Part shown: positions 1-9,234 of the stretch, one piece after another
Layout of the letters: each line of letters begins with the position of its first letter
Position numbering within the stretch: the first letter of the stretch is position 1
Source of the DNA: Halalkalibacterium halodurans
GTDB lineage: Bacteria; Bacillota; Bacilli; Bacillales; Bacillaceae_D
Direction: 5' to 3'
Assembly (NCBI RefSeq): GCF_004376175.1
Contig: NZ_SNUY01000064.1
Coordinates: 1-24,524 of the forward strand
Length of the DNA: 24,524 nt
Notes under the pieces: model-generated
Seen by the model: only the letters and a program-made list of their open reading frames with translations
What the model was told of the DNA's origin: nothing
The model's database searches: none
Made by a program: the position numbers and the translations under genes

Positions 1-1
1 C

Positions 2-115
2 ACTGAAAGACTTGAAAGGCTTTTAAAAGCCCTAAGATTCTTAACAGAGGAGAACCCTAACATTCTGAATTCGCTTACACTCATGAGAATGGAAAATATT
101 CCTCCCACAAAAGGT
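2..115 (+). CDS. 3' end of an upstream CDS (last 37 codons only; product unknown)
   Basis: An open frame enters from the window edge and ends at TGA 113-115 (...TERLERLLKALRFLTEENPNILNSLTLMRMENIPPTKG*). It is too short to assign a family and does not resemble a histidine-kinase C-terminus. Confidence 0.25.
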
Positions 116-130
116 TGACACAATCTTCTA

Positions 131-262
131 ATGACAGGTGTTTGTGGTGGGCTCGGTGTTTTTGGTATGCTGACAGGGAGGCGCAAGCTAGCCAAATGGG
201 GGCTTGCTACAGGCTTTGCCTTTATCGCCATCTATGTTGTGTTCATGTTTATGAGGTTGTAA
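131..262 (+). CDS. hypothetical 43-aa hydrophobic peptide (two short TM-like segments)
   Basis: ATG 131 to TAA 260-262 gives MTGVCGGLGVFGMLTGRRKLAKWGLATGFAFIAIYVVFMFMRL, two hydrophobic stretches split by RRK. It is below the ORF-track size cut-off. The only upstream SD-like element is a weak, distant AAAGG, so translation is uncertain. Confidence 0.3.
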   Translation: MTGVCGGLGVFGMLTGRRKLAKWGLATGFAFIAIYVVFMFMRL

Positions 263-277
263 AGAAAGGGTGGACGT

Positions 278-655
278 ATGAACGTTGGAGATTTTGTGCG
301 TGGTGTTTATAAAACTGGGGTATACGCAGGAGAATTAATGCAGGTCGAGCAAGAGAAGGGGCGTGCCCTTGTGAAAGTTTTGGCTGTTCTAAAACATCCG
401 ATGCAAGGGGATTTACATAACCCAAAAGAAGCTAACGTTCCTTTCTTTCATGAACGGAAGGCATTAGCTTGCTACGAAAAAGCATGGATGCCCTTATCTC
501 AATTAAAGCCGTTTGAAGGAGAACCCCCAGCTTATGAGGCGTCTCTTGAGAAGGCTTTAGAGGAGATGAAGGAATCGTTGGCAAGTGATACAAGTGAATG
601 GGCCAAACGTTCTATTGAAGTGTTAGCCCAAGTTGAAAAGGAGTATGGACGGTAA
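278..655 (+). CDS. kapB: kinase-associated protein B (KapB)
   Basis: 125 aa. The blocks GVYKTGVYAGE, HPMQGDLHNPKEANVPFFHERKALA and SEWAKRS...EKEY match my recollection of B. subtilis KapB almost block for block. SD AAAGGGTGG lies upstream of the ATG. Confidence 0.85.
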   Translation: MNVGDFVRGVYKTGVYAGELMQVEQEKGRALVKVLAVLKHPMQGDLHNPKEANVPFFHERKALACYEKAWMPLSQLKPFEGEPPAYEASLEKALEEMKESLASDTSEWAKRSIEVLAQVEKEYGR

Positions 656-674
656 AAGGTCCGTACTCCTTTTC
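640..674 (+). terminator. intrinsic terminator of kapB (overlaps the stop codon; also readable on the minus strand)
   Basis: Stem GGAGTATGGAC (640-650) pairs with GTCCGTACTCC (659-669), with one G-U pair, followed by TTTT. An A-run on the 5' side gives a U-tract on the other strand too. Confidence 0.7.
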
Positions 675-828
675 CATTCACATTATAAATAAGTGAACAA
701 TAAGGGGTATTAACCAGTGATGTCTAGCGAAGCGCAAATATCATCGGTTCGCAAGCTACTATGATTCCTTTATCCAGATTGCTTCGCTCCAAGCGGCTAC
801 GTTGTTTAGCGAGCGCTTTGCCCTTTTC

Positions 829-2490
829 TTATGAGCCATCGAAAATGCCTGCTTGCCAGAGACGGATACTTAAATCAAGTAAAAACACATCATCTGGATT
901 GTTAAGTGAGCAACCGGTGAGAGATTCTATTTTCCTAAGTCGATAGAGTAACGACTGTCGGTGCAGGTTTAACTGTCTTGCGGTTTGACTCACATTACTT
1001 TTATTACGATGGTAGGTTTGAAACGTGTTCACGAGATCAATTTTCCGGTCAACTGAATAAACGAGAAGAGAATGAAGGAGACTATCGGTCATCTCACGAA
1101 GCTCTTGATTGTCTATTAAACTGAAAAGAACTCGATCGATCCTTGTATCGGCATACAGACTTTGGCACCCTGGTCCCCGTTGTTTACGGCCAACGGTTAG
1201 GGCCTTTCTCGCTTCCTCAAAACTTTCATGAAACTGTTTGTAGCCGGAGGTCTTGCTAATTCCCCAAGAAAAAAACAAGTGGGGAAAGAGCAAATTCATT
1301 CGTTGCTGAAAGCTTTGAATGTAAGTGTAAGCCGTCTCCGTACTACGGTCTTGAACAACCTCTAAAAATACAATCAGATACTCTTTCGCATAGGTAGCCA
1401 TCACTTGCAGGTGTAAACTTTTGGCTACATCGTATGCTTCCTCTTCTAGACAACGAGTCACCCCTTGTAACCAATGATCGAATGTCCCAATTTGTTCTCG
1501 GTCTTGTTGATAGAGCTGTGAAATGTTTTCTGGCATCGCCGTTAAGCAGAGATAAGGTAAATGGACTTGATAGCCAAGAGATTTTGCTCTCGAGAGGGCG
1601 GTATCCCAGGAGCTTACGTCTCCTTTCGCTAAGCTCCAAACGAAATCCCCTTGCAGACGCCATTCCGTTTCTTTGGCAGCGTGTTCATGAAGAAAGTGAA
1701 GAGCAACCGCCGTTGTGACATGTTCAAAAAGTGCCATCTGCTGTTCTAATGTATGCTCCTCTGAGGCTGTGCCAATGAGTAAATAACCTTGAATTTCGCC
1801 AGCAGAACGAATGACTAACTGTAAGGCAGCAGACTCGTCATCATGGAGCCATTTTGATGAACCGGATGAGGCATGGACCGATGGTTGGTAAGCGATGACC
1901 TCGTGCGAAAAGGAGGAGTGCCAAATACGTTCTAGTTGATCACTATTCTCGCTTTTTCCTCGAATGACGCCCCGTCGGTCTAGCAGTAAGATCGGTGCGT
2001 CGAATACGTGTGATACATGCTCGGCAATTTGATGAAAGGTGGTACCATTGAGAATCATTTCCAATAGCTGTTTCCTTAAGCTTTCTGCTTGCTCAATTTC
2101 TTTTTGCTTCCGTTGCTCCATCTGTAATAACACACTTTGAATCAAATCGGCAAACCGAAGCTCCCATGGGATTTCGAGCAAAATGAGCCCATGAGTACTT
2201 GCGTAGTGAAGTACACGATCTGGGATATGCTTGACAAATCGCCCCATGGCAATGGCGAGTGCTGCAGCATTGGAAGCAGCAATATCGTGGACGAATTGAA
2301 GAAAACGCTCCTCATCTTCCCCACAGCCGATCCCTGTCGTTAAAACAAGCTCGTTTTCCCTGACGAAGTTTTCGACAGGTGTTTCGATGACAGAGACCCA
2401 CTCGACTGGCTGAGTTTGGAGAGAGGCTTCTCCTGTTTGCACGACCGCATCACCCATTAGCTCTACTACGTCAGAAACGGTCAAATTCAT
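829..2490 (-). CDS. PucR/CdaR-family transcriptional regulator
   Basis: The N-terminus resembles a PurC-like PucR domain (ENELVLTTGIG..., LLEIPWELRFADL). The C-terminus looks like a PucR-type HTH (NVSQTARQLNLHRQSLLYRLRKIE). I moved the start to ATG 2490 (MNLTVSDV) because GGAGGTGG sits 6 nt upstream; the track start at 2532 has no SD. Confidence 0.85.
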   Translation of the reverse strand: MNLTVSDVVELMGDAVVQTGEASLQTQPVEWVSVIETPVENFVRENELVLTTGIGCGEDEERFLQFVHDIAASNAAALAIAMGRFVKHIPDRVLHYASTHGLILLEIPWELRFADLIQSVLLQMEQRKQKEIEQAESLRKQLLEMILNGTTFHQIAEHVSHVFDAPILLLDRRGVIRGKSENSDQLERIWHSSFSHEVIAYQPSVHASSGSSKWLHDDESAALQLVIRSAGEIQGYLLIGTASEEHTLEQQMALFEHVTTAVALHFLHEHAAKETEWRLQGDFVWSLAKGDVSSWDTALSRAKSLGYQVHLPYLCLTAMPENISQLYQQDREQIGTFDHWLQGVTRCLEEEAYDVAKSLHLQVMATYAKEYLIVFLEVVQDRSTETAYTYIQSFQQRMNLLFPHLFFSWGISKTSGYKQFHESFEEARKALTVGRKQRGPGCQSLYADTRIDRVLFSLIDNQELREMTDSLLHSLLVYSVDRKIDLVNTFQTYHRNKSNVSQTARQLNLHRQSLLYRLRKIESLTGCSLNNPDDVFLLDLSIRLWQAGIFDGS

Positions 2491-2676
2491 AACAGACCAC
2501 CTCCAGTTCATCCCTTTGGTTTCATTGTACAAAGAGGCAAGCCCATACTACAAGAAAGATCGCAACATTTAGACAATTTGTTCAACAGCCGTTTGAAAAC
2601 TTCTTACACAATGGTGAATGGATTTATTTGTAAAGAGTAATAGAATGGAAGTATCAAACGGTCAGGAGGGATCTAG

Positions 2677-3873
2677 ATGAATCCTCATATGATGATGAAC
2701 GACAAAGCACTTGGAACGAAAGCTGTATGGGCTGGAGAACGATCCTTTTTAGCCCATGGGGCAACACAGGTACCGGTCGTCCATAGCGTATCTTTTGGGT
2801 ATGATGATGTGGATGAATGGTATGAAGTAGCAACAGGTAAAAAAGATGGGCACATTTACGGTCGCAATACAAATCCAACTGTTCAGGCGTTTGAAGAAAA
2901 AGTGCGGGAGCTGGAGTTTGCAGAGGCTGCCACAAGCTTTGCCACGGGTATGGCGGCGATCTCAAATTCGTTATTGACCGTATTAAAGCCAGGAGATCGT
3001 GTCGTCTCGATAAAAGATACGTATGGTGGGACGAATAAAATTTTTTCAGAGTTTTTACCCCGTTTAAAGATAGAAGTGACGCTTTGCGAAACAGGAGATC
3101 ATGAAGCCCTCGAAAGGGAAATCACCAAAGGTTGCACTCTTGTATATTTAGAAACACCAACGAATCCGACAGTTAAAATTACCGATCTGGAACGAATCAC
3201 GTCATTTACTCACGAGCATAATGCGCTCGTGTTTGTTGATAACACCTTTGCGACACCGATCAATCAAAATCCACTGCTTACTGGAGCCGATTTAGTCATT
3301 CATAGCGCAACAAAGTTTCTTGGCGGTCATGCGGATGCTTTAGGCGGTGTTGCTTGCGGAAACAAAGAGCTTGTATCGGCCATTTACCATTACCGAGAAA
3401 TTAATGGCGCAACCCTTGACCCGATGGCAGCTTATTTGCTGTTAAGAGGGATGAAGACGTTAAAGCTCCGCGTTGAAAAGCAGCAAGAAAACGCAATGAA
3501 AGTGGCGAGGTTTCTTACCGAACATGACAAAGTGAGAGCTGTCTACTACCCAGGATTAGAAACCCATCCTCACCATGAGGTTGCCAAGCGACAAATGCGC
3601 GGTTTTGGCGGTATGCTGAGTTTTGCGTTAAAAGGAGAGATGGAAGCTGTGCGGAAATTCCTCCCAGCTTTAACTTACGCTAATCGGGCAGCCAACCTTG
3701 GAGCAGTTGAAACGACGGTCGGCCCTGCTCGAACGACAAGTCATGTAGAGAACACGCCAGAAGAACGGGCAGCACTCGGAATTCCTGAAGGATTGGTCCG
3801 GTATTCAGCTGGAATTGAAGATGCCGTTGATCTTATAGAGGATTTGTCCCAAGCTCTTGACTCGATTACTTAA
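2677..3873 (+). CDS. Cys/Met-metabolism PLP-dependent enzyme (cystathionine gamma-synthase / gamma-lyase family)
   Basis: 398 aa with the PLP-lysine motif HSATKFLGGHAD, YGRNTNPT, and a length and layout typical of the family. SD AGGAGGG precedes the ATG. It is divergent from the PucR gene. Confidence 0.85.
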   Translation: MNPHMMMNDKALGTKAVWAGERSFLAHGATQVPVVHSVSFGYDDVDEWYEVATGKKDGHIYGRNTNPTVQAFEEKVRELEFAEAATSFATGMAAISNSLLTVLKPGDRVVSIKDTYGGTNKIFSEFLPRLKIEVTLCETGDHEALEREITKGCTLVYLETPTNPTVKITDLERITSFTHEHNALVFVDNTFATPINQNPLLTGADLVIHSATKFLGGHADALGGVACGNKELVSAIYHYREINGATLDPMAAYLLLRGMKTLKLRVEKQQENAMKVARFLTEHDKVRAVYYPGLETHPHHEVAKRQMRGFGGMLSFALKGEMEAVRKFLPALTYANRAANLGAVETTVGPARTTSHVENTPEERAALGIPEGLVRYSAGIEDAVDLIEDLSQALDSIT

Positions 3874-3894
3874 TCCGAATGCGAGGTGAACGAA

Positions 3895-4923
3895 ATGGCA
3901 CAAAAAGTTGCTTTAATTGGGTTCGGCGGTGTGGCACAAGGGTTCATTCAAATTTTAAGAGAGCGGGGCGAGGAGCTCCCAGAGCATATACAAGTCGTTT
4001 CGATCACGGATTGGCGACGGGGGGCGGTACACGATCCGAATGGACTTGATTTGGATTTCATTGCGAAAATAATTGAAACCGATGGGACGTTTGAGCATTA
4101 TCCTGAACGGTCTGGCGTCATAAAGGGATGGAATAGCTTTGAAACGATTCAGCAAACGAATGCAGACACCATTGTGGAAGTGACCTTCACCGATGTGTTA
4201 ACCGGACAGCCGGCCATTGATCACTGCAAGGAAGCTCTGCGTCTCGGTAAGCATGTCGTGACGACAAACAAAGGGCCCATCGCTGTTGCCTATCAAGAGT
4301 TAAAGGAGCTTGCCGATGCAAACGGCGTTCAGCTGCTGTATGAAGGAACGGTGATGAGTGGCACCCCGGCCCTAAGGCTACCTGAACATACATTAATTGG
4401 TAACAACATTCAGGAGGTTAAAGGCATTCTGAACGGAACGACCAACTACATTTTAACAGAAATGGAACGAGGAAAAACGTTTGAGCAAGCTTTGCAAGAC
4501 GCACAAACGCTCGGATATGCTGAAGCAGACCCGACGAGCGACGTTGAAGGATACGATGTTCTTTACAAAGTAGTTATCCTCGCAAATGTAATGATGGGCA
4601 TTCCTCTGAAGCCATCAGATGTGGAGCGTGTAGGGATTTCCCACTTGACGCCTCGTGATATAAAGGATGCTCATTCAGCGGGAGAACGGTGGAAGCTTAT
4701 CGGTCGAGTGAAAAAAGAGGGGGAGCGGACGATGGCAACCGTTAGGCCTGAGCGTCTGCCGCTCACCGATCCTCTCGCCAATATTAACGGCGCGATCAAT
4801 GCGATTACGTATGAATGTGACATTTCTGGGCCGATCACTTTGATTGGAGCTGGAGCTGGAGTGAAAGAAACAGGCTTTGCCTTATTAATCGACTTATTGC
4901 ATGTGAACAGATTAGGGGAGTGA
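3895..4923 (+). CDS. homoserine dehydrogenase-family oxidoreductase (no ACT domain)
   Basis: It has an N-terminal Rossmann motif (VALIGFGGVAQG), ILNGTTNYILTEM, and LGYAEADPTSDVEGYDVLYK, which is typical of homoserine dehydrogenase. I placed the start at ATG 3895 because GAGGTG is 6 nt upstream; the track GTG at 3886 lies inside the SD. Confidence 0.8.
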   Translation: MAQKVALIGFGGVAQGFIQILRERGEELPEHIQVVSITDWRRGAVHDPNGLDLDFIAKIIETDGTFEHYPERSGVIKGWNSFETIQQTNADTIVEVTFTDVLTGQPAIDHCKEALRLGKHVVTTNKGPIAVAYQELKELADANGVQLLYEGTVMSGTPALRLPEHTLIGNNIQEVKGILNGTTNYILTEMERGKTFEQALQDAQTLGYAEADPTSDVEGYDVLYKVVILANVMMGIPLKPSDVERVGISHLTPRDIKDAHSAGERWKLIGRVKKEGERTMATVRPERLPLTDPLANINGAINAITYECDISGPITLIGAGAGVKETGFALLIDLLHVNRLGE

Positions 4924-4934
4924 GGTGAGAAGAG

Positions 4935-6383
4935 ATGCATACACAAGTCGTACAAGAGAGAATGCTCATTAGCGATCAATGGCAGCACGGCCAGCAATCA
5001 ATAGAGGTGATAGACCCCGGAACGAATCACGTCATCGCTACTGTTCCAGCGGCAACGGAAGCCGATGCGAAGGCGGCGATCGAAGCGGCAAAAGAAGGAG
5101 CGGAAATAGCACGTCAAATGCCGATCCATGAGCGCGCAGCTATTTTGAAAAGAACAGCAGAAATTGTGACACGGGATCGTGAGCTTTTTGCGCAAACTAT
5201 TGCGAAGGAAGGGAGTAAAACGATCCGTGAAGCAAGAAGCGAAGTAAGACGTTGCATTGAAACGCTCACATTAAGCGGCGAAGAAGCCAAACGATTGCAC
5301 GGTGAAACGATCCCCTTTTCACAAATGCCTGGTCATGAAAGGCGTGTTGGCTACTTTTACCGTTTTCCGATCGGAATCATCGTGGCCATTACGCCGTTTA
5401 ATGATCCACTTAATTTAGTCGCTCATAAAATCGGACCAGCGATTGCAGCTGGCAACAGTTTGATTATTAAACCGTCAAGTTTCACCCCGTTAAGTGCCCT
5501 TCGTCTCGTGAAAGCATTGGAGGAGGCAGGATTACCGAAAAAAATTGTGCAAGTGATCACAGGACACGGATCGGTGATCGGTCCTACCTTGACGAAGCAT
5601 AGAGATGTTCGCTTGATCTCCTTTACAGGTGGCTATGAGACAGGTGAAAAAATTGCCCGCTCGGCTGGTGTCAAAAAGCTTGCAATGGAGCTCGGGTCCA
5701 ATTCGCCGACGATTGTTTTACAAGATGCTGAGCTAATGGAGGCTGTTGCTTCTTGTGTATCCGGTGCGTTTTGTGCCGCAGGGCAAAATTGTATCGGCGT
5801 TCAACGGATCTACGTGGAACAATCGGTATTTAACTCGTTTATCCAATCGTTTGTTGCTCAAACAAAGCAATTACGACTTGGTGATAAACAATTGGAGGAG
5901 ACCGATATAGGGCCGATGATCTCGGAAAAGGAAGCGAAACGAATTGAGCGCTGGGTTGAGGAAGCGAAGGAGGAAGGAGCTCGGGTTCTTACGGGCGGAC
6001 GGCGAACCGGAGCCTACTTCGAGCCAACCGTTTTAACGAATGTAAGCCCAAGTTCCCGATTAGCGAAGGAAGAAGCCTTTGCCCCCATTGTGATCATTGA
6101 GGGTGTCCATTCACTTACAGAAGCAGTAGCCCGCGCGAATGATGTGGATTTTGGCTTACAAGCAGGTTTGTTTACGAACAATTTAACGGCTGCTTTTTCG
6201 GCAATTGAAAAGCTTGAAGTGGGTGGAATCATGGTAAACGATTCGAGTGATGTACGAATTGATGCGATGCCATTTGGTGGAATAAAGAAGTCAGGACTCG
6301 GGAGAGAAGGGGTTCGCTATGCGATCGAGGAAATGACGGAGCAGAAGGTAGTCGCTTTTCATTTGCCCGAACATAAAATATAA
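4935..6383 (+). CDS. NAD(P)+-dependent aldehyde dehydrogenase
   Basis: 482 aa with the ALDH motifs ELGSNSP (Glu site) and AAGQNCIGVQRIYV (catalytic Cys). SD GGGGAGTGAGGTG precedes it, and it is tightly packed after the previous gene. Confidence 0.85.
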   Translation: MHTQVVQERMLISDQWQHGQQSIEVIDPGTNHVIATVPAATEADAKAAIEAAKEGAEIARQMPIHERAAILKRTAEIVTRDRELFAQTIAKEGSKTIREARSEVRRCIETLTLSGEEAKRLHGETIPFSQMPGHERRVGYFYRFPIGIIVAITPFNDPLNLVAHKIGPAIAAGNSLIIKPSSFTPLSALRLVKALEEAGLPKKIVQVITGHGSVIGPTLTKHRDVRLISFTGGYETGEKIARSAGVKKLAMELGSNSPTIVLQDAELMEAVASCVSGAFCAAGQNCIGVQRIYVEQSVFNSFIQSFVAQTKQLRLGDKQLEETDIGPMISEKEAKRIERWVEEAKEEGARVLTGGRRTGAYFEPTVLTNVSPSSRLAKEEAFAPIVIIEGVHSLTEAVARANDVDFGLQAGLFTNNLTAAFSAIEKLEVGGIMVNDSSDVRIDAMPFGGIKKSGLGREGVRYAIEEMTEQKVVAFHLPEHKI

Positions 6384-6467
6384 GTAAAACGATGATATGG
6401 CCGTCTAAAGATGACGACAAGTCACGCTTCTTAAGTAAAGATTAGGAAAGAAAGAGGGGTGGAGTCC

Positions 6468-7688
6468 GTGTTTTCGTTAATGGAATACCGCTATCGCTTG
6501 AATGAAACGAAAAAACGGATGATGGATGAAGGGATTGATGTCCTTCTCGTTTCAAATCCATCAAATATGTATTATTTAAGCGGCTATTCCGCTTGGAGTT
6601 TTTATGTCCATCAGCTTCTTGTCGTGACGCTTGACGATCCTCAGCCCCTTTGGATCGGACGGGAGATGGATGCTTCTAGTGTAGTCAAGACGACGTGGCT
6701 AGATGAGCAACAAGTCATTCCGTATCCAGACCATTATGTTCAATCGGAAACACGGCATCCGATGGATTTCGTCACAAATATATTAAAGGAAATTGGTCAA
6801 GGAAACCGAACGATCGGTGTTGAAATGGATGCCCATTATTTTACTGGGCTCTGCTATCAACGGCTTCAGCAAGGGTTGACAAACGGGACGTTTAAAAATG
6901 CAACAACGCTTATCAATTGGGTCCGACTCATAAAATCCGATCAAGAAATCCAGGTGATGCGAAAGGCGGCAAAAATTGCAGAAAACGCTATGAAGGCAGC
7001 TTACGATACGGTAAATGTAGGCGTGCGTGAGTGTGATGTGGCTGCGGCCATCAGTCACGCGCAAATTAAAGGAACAGCTGAGTTTGGCGGGGATTATCCA
7101 TCGATTGTTCCGATGCTGCCGACGGGTGAAAATACGTCATGTCCCCATCTAACTTGGACAGATCGGACGTACCAAGAAGGGGATTATTTAACTGTCGAAA
7201 TCGCAGGGTGCTATAAACGATACCATGTTCCGATCGCTCGGACCGTCTCTCTCGGGGTCGCACCTGAGCATGTAAAGGAGCTAGCAAAAGTGGTTATTGA
7301 AGGCATACACGAAACGTTACAAATGATTAGACCTGGAGTGGCTGCGGAAGAGGTTGCTGCTACATGGAGTCAATCCATCAGCAAGCATGGGTTTGAAAAA
7401 AACTCTCGTCTTGGTTATTCGATCGGCCTAAGCTTTCCACCCGATTGGGGCGAGCATACCGTAAGTTTGCGCCAAGGGGACCGAACGTTACTAAAACCGA
7501 ATATGACGTTTCATTTAATGCCAGGTATTTGGTATGAGGACTACGGAGTTGAAATTACAGAGAGCATCCGAATAACCGATGATGGGGTGGAGTTGTTGAC
7601 GAATGTTTCTCGAGAGATTTTTGAAAAGCCCCCTTCTCCTCCGTTGTGGGTCGATGGTAATTGCGCAATCAAACGAGATGTTGACTAG
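6468..7688 (+). CDS. M24-family hydrolase with creatinase-type N-domain (creatinase / ectoine hydrolase DoeA-like / Xaa-Pro peptidase)
   Basis: It has a creatinase_N-like N-terminus (IDVLLVSNPSNMYYLSGY) and a pita-bread M24 C-domain. The start is ambiguous between GTG 6459, GTG 6468 and ATG 6480. I chose 6468 from its spacing to GAGGGG at 6454-6459. Confidence 0.8.
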   Translation: MFSLMEYRYRLNETKKRMMDEGIDVLLVSNPSNMYYLSGYSAWSFYVHQLLVVTLDDPQPLWIGREMDASSVVKTTWLDEQQVIPYPDHYVQSETRHPMDFVTNILKEIGQGNRTIGVEMDAHYFTGLCYQRLQQGLTNGTFKNATTLINWVRLIKSDQEIQVMRKAAKIAENAMKAAYDTVNVGVRECDVAAAISHAQIKGTAEFGGDYPSIVPMLPTGENTSCPHLTWTDRTYQEGDYLTVEIAGCYKRYHVPIARTVSLGVAPEHVKELAKVVIEGIHETLQMIRPGVAAEEVAATWSQSISKHGFEKNSRLGYSIGLSFPPDWGEHTVSLRQGDRTLLKPNMTFHLMPGIWYEDYGVEITESIRITDDGVELLTNVSREIFEKPPSPPLWVDGNCAIKRDVD

Positions 7689-7833
7689 CCGTAGCAATCG
7701 CTGCGGTTTTCCTATAGTGTATAGGAAAATCGTTCGGTTCTCGTTTTTTTAGGTTTTCGAAAGGTGCCTCTCTTGCGTTATCGTGTTAAAATATAGGGAA
7801 AAGACATCCGTGTATGGGAAGAGGAATGATGGA

Positions 7834-9207
7834 ATGACTCAAATAAAAGAAAGGGCATTAAGTACTCTTTGTTACTTGACCTGTGTGTTCTACCTCGTTC
7901 ACCTATTTTTCCCCTCCGTTTGGCTTCAGATGACATATGGAATGTTAGCTGCCATTTTGTTTTTTTACGCATTTCCGCTTCTCTCACTTGTGAGCAAGAT
8001 TGTTGTCGTTGCTCTTATAGGGATAGGCGGTTTTTGTTTTTGGATAGAGGGGGCGAGCGGAAGTACGCTTGTTTTCAGCTTCGGGCAAAATCTAAACATT
8101 ATCTCTATGTTTTTATTTATCCCATTTATTAGCACTTTTCTGTCTTCTGTTGGCTACATCGACTCGATGAAGCATTGGGTGCAAAAACAAGAGCAAAAGA
8201 GGAGGCTTCGGCCCGATCATACGGCGTTTTGGTTGACATCAATCGTAGGCTTGCTTCTTAATTTTGGCTCGCTTGCAATCGTAAAACGGATCATTGAAGG
8301 TAGTTTCTCTTCGTTCCGTGAACAGCGGTTAATGCTCGTGATTTTACGTGGATTTGGCTCATGTCTACTCTGGTCACCATTTATGGTAAACATCGGGTTA
8401 ATATTAACGATTTTTGACCTTTCATGGTATCAGATTGGCGGAATTGGCTTATTAATGGCTTTGATTTATATCTTTTTATTTTGGCTCTTTTACCCAGCTA
8501 TTCAATTTGATACTGACCCTGTCATTAAATATCATCCAGTCGATAGGAGGAAAGAAGAGGGTGAGACAACGATTAAGCCGTTTGTCGCGTTTTCCGTCTT
8601 GCTGATCGCTAGCTGCTTTACGTTCGATATGCTCTTTAATGTGAACATGGTCACGATTGTCACGATTTTAGCTGTGCTGTTCCCATTTTTATGGGCAGTG
8701 GTGATGAAACAAGTACATACGTTTTTTCAATCTGTAATAGAACAACTATTTACGGCTTTTACAAGGTTAAAGCAAGAGTGGGCAATCTTTGTTAGCGCCG
8801 GCTTCTTTGCCGTCGCCCTTTCAGAAACTGCCTTCGGTACGTTTGCATCCGAATGGCTATACCGGTTGGCAAACGGGTCTGTTTTCATCGTGAGCGGACT
8901 TATTATCTTATTCGCTGTTATTCTTGCACAAGTAGGGATCCATCCGGTAATAGTCCTAACAGGGATCGGCTCGTCCATTTCGCCGGAAGCCTTCGGAATT
9001 AGTTCGGCGTATTTGGCGCTTGTTTTAATCGTTAGTTGGACGCTATCTACCCAACTCTCGCCTTTTTCAGGGCAAGTTCTCTTATCGGCCCATTTGGTAA
9101 AAAGACCTGCGCACATTCTTATTCGCCGAAATATTGGATTTATTTTCACTCAATGGGTAGTCCTAACGAGTGTACTCTATGGCTTACATGCTATGAACTG
9201 GCTGTAA
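7834..9207 (+). CDS. polytopic integral membrane protein, putative transporter (family not recognised)
   Basis: There are ten or more hydrophobic segments throughout, with a Gly/Ser/Pro-rich re-entrant-like motif (GIHPVIVLTGIGSSISPEAFG). The start is set at ATG 7834, with GAGG 9 nt upstream; the track start at 7783 has no SD. Confidence 0.65.
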   Translation: MTQIKERALSTLCYLTCVFYLVHLFFPSVWLQMTYGMLAAILFFYAFPLLSLVSKIVVVALIGIGGFCFWIEGASGSTLVFSFGQNLNIISMFLFIPFISTFLSSVGYIDSMKHWVQKQEQKRRLRPDHTAFWLTSIVGLLLNFGSLAIVKRIIEGSFSSFREQRLMLVILRGFGSCLLWSPFMVNIGLILTIFDLSWYQIGGIGLLMALIYIFLFWLFYPAIQFDTDPVIKYHPVDRRKEEGETTIKPFVAFSVLLIASCFTFDMLFNVNMVTIVTILAVLFPFLWAVVMKQVHTFFQSVIEQLFTAFTRLKQEWAIFVSAGFFAVALSETAFGTFASEWLYRLANGSVFIVSGLIILFAVILAQVGIHPVIVLTGIGSSISPEAFGISSAYLALVLIVSWTLSTQLSPFSGQVLLSAHLVKRPAHILIRRNIGFIFTQWVVLTSVLYGLHAMNWL

Positions 9208-9234
9208 GTTTTTGTATGAAAGGAGAGGGAGCGT

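Noticed and set aside
115-312. Track ORF of 65 aa (MTQSSNDRCLWWARCF...)
   Set aside because: It is Cys/Trp-rich and looks like nonsense sequence. It has no SD, overlaps the kapB start in another frame, and competes with a more protein-like frame (131-262).
1343-1718. Nested ORFs (106 aa on the minus strand, 94 aa on the plus strand) inside the PucR-family gene
   Set aside because: They are alternative-frame or antisense ORFs wholly inside a well-supported 553-aa CDS. They are Arg/Ser/Leu-rich, as expected from off-frame translation.
7705-7750. AU-rich hairpin (GGTTTTCCTATA-GTG-TATAGGAAAATC) after the M24 gene, considered as an operon terminator
   Set aside because: The T-run (7744-7750) is about 13 nt from the stem and the stem is almost all A-U. 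I cannot say it terminates, so I left the operon boundary open.
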